Assembly: GCA_044225365.1 (NCBI GenBank)
Contig: JBGAIQ010000022.1
Coordinates: 27,562 to 91,561, forward strand
DNA: 64,000 nt
Reading direction: 5' to 3'
DNA from: Planctomycetota bacterium
GTDB lineage: Bacteria; Planctomycetota; B15-G4; JADJEK01
Positions 1 to 7,305 of this stretch are shown in pieces. Below the pieces are notes generated by a model. The model saw only the letters and a program-made list of their open reading frames with translations, made no database searches and was not told where the DNA came from. Within the stretch, counting starts at the first letter, position 1, and each line of letters opens with the position of its first letter. The translations under genes were made by a program, and so were the position numbers.

Positions 1-1
1 C

Positions 2-169
2 GTCGGCGAGCGCAAGTACGCCGTCGCGAGTCGACTCCCGATGCGAGGCAAGCGAATGATGCTCCATGCGAGTCGACTCGAGTTCAAGCACCCGCGAGAC
101 GGTCGCGCCCTCGTGATCGAAGCTCCGCTTCCCGCGGATTTCGAAGCACTGCTCGATTCGCTGCGCTGA
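2..169 (+). CDS. RluA-family pseudouridine synthase, C-terminal fragment (5' part outside window)
   Basis: Frame 2 translates to VGERKYAVASRLPMRGKRMMLHASRLEFKHPRDGRALVIEAPLPADFEALLDSLR*, matching the RluA/RluD C-terminal pattern (vGD.kY...r..LHA..L.F.HP......ieAPlP.dF). Not in the ORF track. Confidence 0.85.
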   Translation, partial: VGERKYAVASRLPMRGKRMMLHASRLEFKHPRDGRALVIEAPLPADFEALLDSLR

Positions 170-327
170 TTCGCGCGCTCGATGCAGCGATGCCGCATCG
201 ACGATGCATGCAGAGGATGATGCAGACGGTTCTTTCCTTTTCGATTTGGATTCGTCATTCTCTGCGCGAGTTCGATGAACGCTGTGTTCGTCGCAAAGAG
301 CCACCCTGACCTCGGAGGGGTTTCAAC

Positions 328-408
328 ATGGCGGTCGCAAAGAAGGCCAGCAAGGCCAAGGCATCTTCCAAGAAGCCGATGGCTTCCAAGAAGGCCAAGA
401 AGAAGTGA
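328..408 (+). CDS. 26-aa Lys/Ala-rich basic microprotein (histone H1-like composition)
   Basis: ATG at 328 follows GGAGGGG. Encodes MAVAKKASKAKASSKKPMASKKAKKK*. All Lys codons are AAG. Followed by two hairpins. Confidence 0.6.
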   Translation: MAVAKKASKAKASSKKPMASKKAKKK

Positions 409-459
409 GTCCCTCGAACCCCTGAGTCTCCACGACTCACGGGGCGCGAAACTCACGGC

Positions 460-500
460 GGGCCGCGCGTGCGCAAGCATGCGCGGCCCTCGTCCGTTTT
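460..500. terminator. Probable (bidirectional) terminator hairpin
   Basis: 13-bp stem GGGCCGCGCGTGC/GCATGCGCGGCCC (one G-U pair) with a GCAA tetraloop, then TCGTCCGTTTT. Lies between the convergent microprotein and sigma genes. Confidence 0.6.
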
Positions 501-543
501 CGGGGTGTTCGTAACCGTCTTGGAATCGACGTTTCGAAGCAGA

Positions 544-1161
544 TCAAGAGGGGTTGGCGCGTCGCGAGAGAAGTTCGAACGTCTTCTTGAATCGCTCCAT
601 CGCCCGCGCCTTCGCCTTCTCCGCGGCGTCGTACTCGACTCCGATCCGCTTCGCGATGTCGGTATTGGTCTCGCCCTGACAGACTGCGCGGACGATCTCC
701 TGATCGCGCGGAAGCAGGCACCCGATCGCGCGCGCGGCGAGCGCAACGACTTCGCGGCGCATCGCGAACGTGGCCGGCCCGATCATCTCCGCCATCGGAT
801 TCACTCCGAACGACGACGTCGCGCCGCCCCCGCCACCACCGTCGCTCGTCGTGATTCGAAGCATCGCACCGCCATCGCGTCGAAGCGCCGTCCAGTAATC
901 ACGTCGATCCGCGATGTGCTGCTTCGCGATGAGGTAGAGCCAGGCGAGGAACTCCCGCTCTCCGCGGTAGTCGAACTGATCGACCTGACGCAGAGCACGC
1001 ATGTGAACGCCCTGGACGAGATCCTCGACACCTTCGTGTCGCTGGAGCGATTTGGCCTCGCGATCGAGGAAGTTCGTGAGCGCCCCGCGATGTTTCGCGA
1101 GCAGCGCACTCAGCTCAGCGACCTTCTCGTTCTCGCCCGCCGAATCGTTCTTCGTCGTCAT
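544..1161 (-). CDS. ECF sigma-70 family RNA polymerase sigma factor (planctomycete type)
   Basis: Region 2 (EDLVQGVHMRAL..FDYRGEREFLAWLYLIA) and region 4 (LLPRDQEIV..TNTDIAKRIG..KARAMERF). Start set at ATG 1161 behind GGAGG. Confidence 0.85.
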   Translation of the reverse strand: MTTKNDSAGENEKVAELSALLAKHRGALTNFLDREAKSLQRHEGVEDLVQGVHMRALRQVDQFDYRGEREFLAWLYLIAKQHIADRRDYWTALRRDGGAMLRITTSDGGGGGGATSSFGVNPMAEMIGPATFAMRREVVALAARAIGCLLPRDQEIVRAVCQGETNTDIAKRIGVEYDAAEKAKARAMERFKKTFELLSRRANPS

Positions 1162-1185
1162 GTCGGCCTCCATATGGGAACGCAC

Positions 1186-2832
1186 TCAACGCGGCACGAC
1201 GAAGAGCAACCGCGGCGGCGCGCTCTCGGAATCCCGCTCGAGCAATGCGAAGTCGTCCTTCCCATCGCCATCGAGGTCGAGGGCGAAGAGCGCCGACGCG
1301 CCCTTCGCGCCGATCGGCGTCGATGCGAGATCGAGCGTGTAGACGGGCGGCGCGCGGTGCGCGCGCTCGTTCAGCTCGACCCCGAGCAACGGCAGCCACG
1401 CGACGACTTCGTGTAGCCCGATGGTCAACTCCGTCTTGCCCTTCGCATCACGATCGAAGCGCTTGGCGACTTCGTTCCACGACAGCGCGTCGTCGAGATC
1501 GAGGTCGTCCGCAGCGTGCGTGTGGACCTCGAGCTTGCCGTCCGCGGTGAGTAGCGCGAGGTCGTTGTTCTTGCCGTCGCCGTCGAAGTCGCATACGGCC
1601 GGTACCGAGATGAGCTGCGAACGCAGCGCCTTGGTCTCTTCCTTGATCTTGTCGACCGTCGACTTCGCCGATGGAAGAGAGATCGTGACCGTGCGCCGAC
1701 TCGATGGCTTGCGCGCGAACGACAGCGGCTTGTCCTTGTCCTGTCGATACACGAAGAGTTCGACCTGCAGATCGCCGCTCGCGACGAGCCAGAACAGGAC
1801 CTGCGCGAGCGAGATGTCGCCGACGTGCAGCATGAAGAGGTCGAGCTTCCCGTCCCCGTCCTCGTCGTAGAGAGCGACCGCGAGCAGGTTCCCCGACGTC
1901 GGGAGCACCGCCGCCGCTTTCTTCATGTCGATCCCGTCCCGAGTCCCGCGGTAGACGACGACCGTCTTGCCCTTCTGCACGACGAGATCGGAGATCCCGT
2001 CGCCGTCGACATCGCGCGCGATCTGGCTCACCTTCGAGTCGAGGATCGAGAGGATGTTGTGCGTGTCGATCAGTCCCGCTTTCGCCTTCGGGAGCGCGGA
2101 CTGGATCTTCTCGATGTCGACCGTGAACGTGGGCGTGGTCGGCAGATGCCCGTCGCGATCGGACCAGTAGAACTGTGCAACCTTCTCGTCGCGGAACGCG
2201 AGATCGGGGTGTCCATCGCCGTTCTGGTCGCGGGCATCGAAATCACGCACGACGATCGACTGGCCGAGGTAGGGATCGCGATCGAGGTAGCCCTTGATCG
2301 AGACGTCGATGTTCATCCGATGTTCGACGCGCGGCCCCTTCTTCATCCCTTCGTTCGTGGCGAAGTAGAGCTGGAAACCGACGGCGACCGGGATGGCGAG
2401 GTCGACGGCGCCGTCGCCGTCGAGATCCCTCGCGAACCGAAGCGGATAGACGCCGGACGGCAGCATCGCGTCCGCGTCGGTCACGATCGTCGCGACTTCG
2501 AGCGTGCGCGGGTTCCAGGTGCGGACTCGGCGGTGATCGTCGAGCACGAACACCCGCTCGTTCTCGCCATGACCCGCGACGCAGTAGGCCAGCAAACGAT
2601 CGTCGCCGATAGGGAACTGCGGGGCTTCGCCGTTGCTCGCTTCGGAGGCGTTCCACGCCACGAGCGAAAGGCCTCGAGGCGTCGCGACGACGAGCCGCGC
2701 GACGCGGTCGGCGCCACGCACCAGGGCCGCGCCTTCGACCTCCGGGTCGAGGGTCGTTACCGCGAACTTGCCATCCCCGTCCGGAAAGGCGGCGCCGAGA
2801 ACGAGGGCGAAGCTCGCGCTGGCCAGGGTCAT
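1186..2832 (-). CDS. FG-GAP/VCBS repeat secreted protein
   Basis: Multiple DxDGDG.xD Ca-binding repeats (DLDGDGAVD, DQNGDGHPD, DVDGDGISD, DEDGDGKLD, DFDGDGKNND). Hydrophobic N-terminus. The ATG at 2832 overlaps the upstream stop (ATGA). Confidence 0.85.
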   Translation of the reverse strand: MTLASASFALVLGAAFPDGDGKFAVTTLDPEVEGAALVRGADRVARLVVATPRGLSLVAWNASEASNGEAPQFPIGDDRLLAYCVAGHGENERVFVLDDHRRVRTWNPRTLEVATIVTDADAMLPSGVYPLRFARDLDGDGAVDLAIPVAVGFQLYFATNEGMKKGPRVEHRMNIDVSIKGYLDRDPYLGQSIVVRDFDARDQNGDGHPDLAFRDEKVAQFYWSDRDGHLPTTPTFTVDIEKIQSALPKAKAGLIDTHNILSILDSKVSQIARDVDGDGISDLVVQKGKTVVVYRGTRDGIDMKKAAAVLPTSGNLLAVALYDEDGDGKLDLFMLHVGDISLAQVLFWLVASGDLQVELFVYRQDKDKPLSFARKPSSRRTVTISLPSAKSTVDKIKEETKALRSQLISVPAVCDFDGDGKNNDLALLTADGKLEVHTHAADDLDLDDALSWNEVAKRFDRDAKGKTELTIGLHEVVAWLPLLGVELNERAHRAPPVYTLDLASTPIGAKGASALFALDLDGDGKDDFALLERDSESAPPRLLFVVPR

Positions 2833-4391
2833 TGTCCGGCCTCGCGGCGCGATACGAACATGATGAGGCTGTCCTCGAAGCGAAGGCACAGATCCGAGGC
2901 GCCGTCCTTCGTGAAGTCGAACGCCCACGCCGAGAGCACCGGCGCGGGCGGGGAGTACGGGGGCAGCAACGATTCGCTCGCGAATGAGAGTTTGCCGTCT
3001 TCGACGAGGAGACGACGGATCTCGAGACGACCGTCGTCGTCCATGAACAGCAGATCGTCCCGACCGTCGCCGTCGTAGTCGCCGCTGAGGTGGAAGATCT
3101 CGGCTTCGGAGAGTCGGGAGAGTTTCTCCGGCGTGAACGTGCGGGTGAAGCGTACGTCGGGGCGCTTCGAGAACGAGCCATCGGGATGCCCCGTGTAGAC
3201 CTCGAGCGCGATGTCCACCTTGATCCCCGTGAGCGAGGCGATTCCCGACGGCAATTGCGTGGTCTTGAGCACGAGATCCTTCTGACCGTCGCCGTCGACG
3301 TCGCGGAAGGAGATGTCGGCGTCGGACGCTTCGAACAATAGCGCGGCGCGGGCGTCGGCCTTCAGCGTTCCATCGTCCTGGATTCCGAGCACGACGACTT
3401 CGAACTCCTTCTTCGTCCCGTCGCGATCACGCGTGATCCGAACGAGATCGCTCTGTCCGTCGGAATCGAAATCGACGAGCTCGAACGTGCGATCCTCGTC
3501 CTTCCCGGGCGGGTCGAGCGGAAGGATGAGCGGAGCCTTGAACGTGCCGTCGGCCTGCTGGAGTTGAACGGAGAGCGAGTCCTTCGCCACGACGACGGCG
3601 TCGGGCAGCTTGTCGGCGTTCCAGAACCCGAGGCGCGGCAGGTTCCACGTCCGACGGCGATCGAGGAGCGGCGGTCGTGCGAGCTTCGGCAAAGTCGAAG
3701 GCGCGCCTTGGAACAAGCGCAGCGCCCTCACGTCGTAGTCGCGCGTGCCCTTGTCGTCGTCGTCGTCGTCGAACTGCCTCGGGAGTCCGGGTTTCTCGTA
3801 GCTCGCGAAGCGACTCGGGATCGCGCCGCCTTCTTCGAGGTGCATCTCGCCGCTCGAGTCCTTCTGCGTCTTGAAGCACCGCAGACCGCCGATCTCCGGC
3901 AGCACGAGATCGTCGTCCCCGTCGAAATCGATGTCGAGGATCCACGGCCACCGCGGCAACGATTGCGTCTCCGACAACTCCGGGAAGACCGGGCGGCGCA
4001 ACTCGACTCGGGCGTTCCCCGCGAGGCCGGGCTTCGTGAACGAGACGGAGAGCACGCCCGTCGGAGTCAGGAGCAGGAGTTCCTTTCCCGGTTCGGTGCG
4101 CACGTCCATGAGGCCGTAGGCGATGACCTCCGGTGGGAGCACTTGCGACCAATCGGGCTCGGAATGGAACGAGCGATCGTCGTGCTGGCGATGCAGCGAC
4201 AGACGACGTCCCGCAGGCTCACGCGTCGTGACGAGGAGGTCCTTGAGACCGTCGCCATCGACGTCCTCGACTTCGTAGTCGACGAGATCGGTCGCGAAAT
4301 CGAGGCGACTCTCGACGAACTTGGGGGGGGCCCCACGAGCGGACAGCGAGAAGCAAACCGCCGCGAGGCCGACGAGGCGCAGGCGCTTCAC
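2829..4391 (-). CDS. FG-GAP/VCBS repeat secreted protein
   Basis: Signal peptide MKRLRLVGLAAVCFSLSARG. Repeats DVDGDGLKD, DFDGDDD, DFDSDGQSD, DVDGDGQKD, DYDGDGRDD. Confidence 0.87.
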   Translation of the reverse strand: MKRLRLVGLAAVCFSLSARGAPPKFVESRLDFATDLVDYEVEDVDGDGLKDLLVTTREPAGRRLSLHRQHDDRSFHSEPDWSQVLPPEVIAYGLMDVRTEPGKELLLLTPTGVLSVSFTKPGLAGNARVELRRPVFPELSETQSLPRWPWILDIDFDGDDDLVLPEIGGLRCFKTQKDSSGEMHLEEGGAIPSRFASYEKPGLPRQFDDDDDDKGTRDYDVRALRLFQGAPSTLPKLARPPLLDRRRTWNLPRLGFWNADKLPDAVVVAKDSLSVQLQQADGTFKAPLILPLDPPGKDEDRTFELVDFDSDGQSDLVRITRDRDGTKKEFEVVVLGIQDDGTLKADARAALLFEASDADISFRDVDGDGQKDLVLKTTQLPSGIASLTGIKVDIALEVYTGHPDGSFSKRPDVRFTRTFTPEKLSRLSEAEIFHLSGDYDGDGRDDLLFMDDDGRLEIRRLLVEDGKLSFASESLLPPYSPPAPVLSAWAFDFTKDGASDLCLRFEDSLIMFVSRREAGQ

Positions 4392-5371
4392 GGTTTCTTC
4401 TCCGGTTCGATCGCTGGAGGCGAGGTCGTCGAATCCGCTTCGTCGGCCTCCTGGATCTCGCCGACGCCCGTCTCGACGATCGTGAAACCGAGGAACCGAT
4501 GACGTACGGTCTCGACCTTGCGCTCGTACGAGTAGAGCGCGATCAGCCAGAGGTCGATGAAGGAGAATCGCACTTCGTCCTTGTCCGCATCGTGATCGTA
4601 GCCGAACACGATCGGGAGCGACAACGCCTGAAGGCGACGGGGCGGCGCGAAGAGATCGACGTCGACGCTCTTGCGTCCGGCCGCCCCGACGAAGTCGATT
4701 CGCACCTCAGCGCCGAACGGGAGCTCGCCGATCGTCCGGGCGAAACGCTGGGCATCGGTGACGGCGCCCCCATCGAGAGCGACGATCCGATCGCCCACCT
4801 TCATTCCGCTCGCGGCGAACGGCGATCCTTTCAGCAACTCGACGATCTCGCAGCCGAAGCCTCCGTCGTCGAGAGCGACCGTGCGTACGACGAAGCGCCC
4901 CTTCGCGCGTTCGGCGTATCGATCGGTCTTCCACGACGCGCGAGCTTCGCGCAGAGCAGGCGTCAGAGCCACGTCGTTCACACCGCCACCGCGATCGACT
5001 TCGACGATGATCTTCGAACCACCCGCCGCAACGACGACCGCATCGAACTGTTCGACCGACTGCAGTGGATGACCGTTCGCCTTCGTGATGCGATCGCCGA
5101 CTCGAATGCCCGCCTCGTCCGCCGGCGATCCCGGCGAGCAGGCCGTGACTTCGAGGCCCGGCGCGAAATCGAGATCCATGAGCGATCCCGAGACCTTCGT
5201 CTCGAGGCGCAGACCGGTGAACGGTTTCTCGGGCTTCGCCTCGGCTCCGGTCGCGACATCGCTCACGGGCGGCAACAGGGAATCGGTGCCGGGAGCGATC
5301 TGCTCGAGCTTCACGCAGGCGGCAGGAAGCGCGAGTACGACCGCGATCAGGACTGCGGGCAACTTCCTCAT
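4388..5371 (-). CDS. Double-PDZ-domain lipoprotein
   Basis: MRKLPAVLIAVVLALPAAC lipobox. Two PDZ motifs (GSPADEAGIRVGDRI, GSPFAASGMKVGDRI). Aromatic C-terminal tail. The real start is 5371 (ATGA overlap), not the 6565 extension. Confidence 0.82.
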   Translation of the reverse strand: MRKLPAVLIAVVLALPAACVKLEQIAPGTDSLLPPVSDVATGAEAKPEKPFTGLRLETKVSGSLMDLDFAPGLEVTACSPGSPADEAGIRVGDRITKANGHPLQSVEQFDAVVVAAGGSKIIVEVDRGGGVNDVALTPALREARASWKTDRYAERAKGRFVVRTVALDDGGFGCEIVELLKGSPFAASGMKVGDRIVALDGGAVTDAQRFARTIGELPFGAEVRIDFVGAAGRKSVDVDLFAPPRRLQALSLPIVFGYDHDADKDEVRFSFIDLWLIALYSYERKVETVRHRFLGFTIVETGVGEIQEADEADSTTSPPAIEPEKKP

Positions 5372-6213
5372 GCGGGACGGATCCTGGTGGAGAGGACAGC
5401 GAGCGCCACGAGCAGTATGCCCGAAGCCGTCGGTACCGCGCAGGACAACCACAACTCGTTCGGCGCCCAATCCACGTTGGCGTAGCCTCGCGCGATCCCG
5501 GTCAATGTCGAAAGGGTGGATCCATCGGTGAGCAAGGGCGCGTAGGACGAGAATGCGTACCGTGACGCACCAGGAAGCGCGCTCTTCAGCACATCGAGCG
5601 TGACGAACGGGACAAGCGTCATGGCCATTGCATGGCCGCTCCCCGAGCAGACGGCCGAGACCGCAACGCCGAACAGACCCGCAGCGATCATCGGCGGCAG
5701 GGCAGCGAGAGCCCCGTAGAGGACGTCTCGCGCGAGATCCGCGGAGGCGATGACCTCGACGCCTTCGATCTCGAGACCATGCAGTCCGCGCAGGAACGCC
5801 GCGAGCGCGAGCGCGCCGAGGGTGGCGACGAAGTAGGAGAACGTGATCGACACCGCGATCGCGAGCGCCTTGGCGAGAACGAGCGTGCCGCGCCGCTGCA
5901 CCAGGAAGCACGTCGCGAGCATCCCGTTCTCGCGATCGCGCACGAGACTGAGCGCACCGAGGACGAGCGCGCAGAACGTCAGTACGCCTCCCGCGATCCT
6001 CAGGCCGTCGGCGAGCAGGGCGAATCCCGTGATCGGTATCGACTCCGCGCCCGCACCTTCGGCGGCAGCCTTCAATGCCGAGGCGTCGCCGAGCGTCGCT
6101 TCGAACACCATCCGCAGGAGCGCAGCGACGAGCGGCAACCCGAGGAGCACCCGTACGGACGTCGCGCCCCGCAGGCGGTAGAGCTCCGCCGCGAGAGCAT
6201 CGAGCCACTTCAT
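5368..6213 (-). CDS. ABC transporter permease (ABC-2 type)
   Basis: MKWLDALAAELYRL start, about 6 TM segments, DRENGML..(R)GTLVLAK motif. Coupled to the ATPase by an ATGA overlap. Confidence 0.85.
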   Translation of the reverse strand: MKWLDALAAELYRLRGATSVRVLLGLPLVAALLRMVFEATLGDASALKAAAEGAGAESIPITGFALLADGLRIAGGVLTFCALVLGALSLVRDRENGMLATCFLVQRRGTLVLAKALAIAVSITFSYFVATLGALALAAFLRGLHGLEIEGVEVIASADLARDVLYGALAALPPMIAAGLFGVAVSAVCSGSGHAMAMTLVPFVTLDVLKSALPGASRYAFSSYAPLLTDGSTLSTLTGIARGYANVDWAPNELWLSCAVPTASGILLVALAVLSTRIRPA

Positions 6214-7199
6214 GACTTGCCTCCTTCGCGTTCGAAGGCGCGAACCCGCTCGAGGAACAGATCGTGAAGCGTTCGTCGCTCGGGCGCGAGGCATGAGACC
6301 GAACACTCGGCGCGCACGAGGCGATCGTTGAAGGCCGCGAGCGCTGCAATCGATTCATCGGAGCTCGTCGAGCTGCATCGCAGCACGACCCGCCACTCCC
6401 CGACCGACCCCGGAAGCGACTCGGTACCGATTCGTTCGTGCGACAGGACCGTCGGATCCGCGGCGATCGCAGCGCCGGCACGATCGCATGGCGATGCGAC
6501 GATCCGGACAGCCGCGCCATCGGAAGCGAGCAGTTCGCGCGGTGACCCGGTTGCGATGACCGCACCGCGATGGAGGAAGACGACCTGACTCGCGAGTCGA
6601 TCGAGGAACTCGAGCTGATGACTCGACACCAGGATCGCCGCGCCGCGGTCTGCCTCGGCGCGCAGTAGCGCCACGATCCGCTCGGCCGCGCCCGGATCGA
6701 GATGCGTCAAGGGTTCATCGAGGACGAGGACCTCGGGTCGGGCGAGGAGGGCTCGACCGAGCGAGAGTCGCTGCCGCTCACCGGCCGAGAGCTTTCCGGC
6801 ACGACGATCGGCGAGCGCCTCCAATCCGACGCGCTCGAGAACGACCGCGAAGTCGCTCGTCGTCCGCGCGCCGATGCGGCGTCGTCCGTGGAGACGTGCG
6901 AAGTGCTGCAGCGCCTCGAGGCACGTGAGCGACGGGTCGACTCCCCCGCCGTGGAGCTGCGCTCCCACGCGATGCCCAACCGTGGCGATCTCCCTCGAAG
7001 GTAGCCCGAGCACTTCGCTCGTTCCCGAATCCGGATCGAGCAGGCCGAGCAGGATCCGTAGCGTCGTCGTCTTCCCGGCTCCGTTGAGGCCGATCAAACC
7101 GGTGAGCGATCCCGCCTCCACCGCGAAGTCGACGCGATCGAGCGCGCGAAAGCCGCGCATCGACTTGCGGATCCCTTGCTGACGCAGAGCGATGGACAT
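6210..7199 (-). CDS. ABC transporter ATP-binding protein
   Basis: Walker A GLNGAGKTT, signature LSAGERQR, Walker B VLVLDEP, H-loop SSH. Confidence 0.95.
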   Translation of the reverse strand: MSIALRQQGIRKSMRGFRALDRVDFAVEAGSLTGLIGLNGAGKTTTLRILLGLLDPDSGTSEVLGLPSREIATVGHRVGAQLHGGGVDPSLTCLEALQHFARLHGRRRIGARTTSDFAVVLERVGLEALADRRAGKLSAGERQRLSLGRALLARPEVLVLDEPLTHLDPGAAERIVALLRAEADRGAAILVSSHQLEFLDRLASQVVFLHRGAVIATGSPRELLASDGAAVRIVASPCDRAGAAIAADPTVLSHERIGTESLPGSVGEWRVVLRCSSTSSDESIAALAAFNDRLVRAECSVSCLAPERRTLHDLFLERVRAFEREGGKS

Positions 7200-7246
7200 C
7201 GTGTTCTCGAAGAGGAAGTGCGCTGGGAGAGGACGCCTGCAACGCA

Positions 7247-7285
7247 CACGGGGCGCCCGCGACGATAGCCGCTGAGCGCCCCGTG
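7247..7285. terminator. Inverted-repeat hairpin downstream of the SBBP-repeat gene
   Basis: CACGGGGCGC...GCGCCCCGTG, a perfect 10-bp inverted repeat 20 bp past the stop at 7306 (minus strand). Confidence 0.5.
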
Positions 7286-7305
7286 CGGAACGATGCGTTC
7301 TTCGA

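Noticed and set aside
4388-6565. Long N-terminal extensions in the ORF track (also 10069-11490, 25891-27537, 30833-33331, 38143-38850, 60881-62461)
   Set aside because: The extensions overlap other real genes. Internal starts with signal peptides, RBSs or ATGA overlaps fit better, so these are not true fusions.
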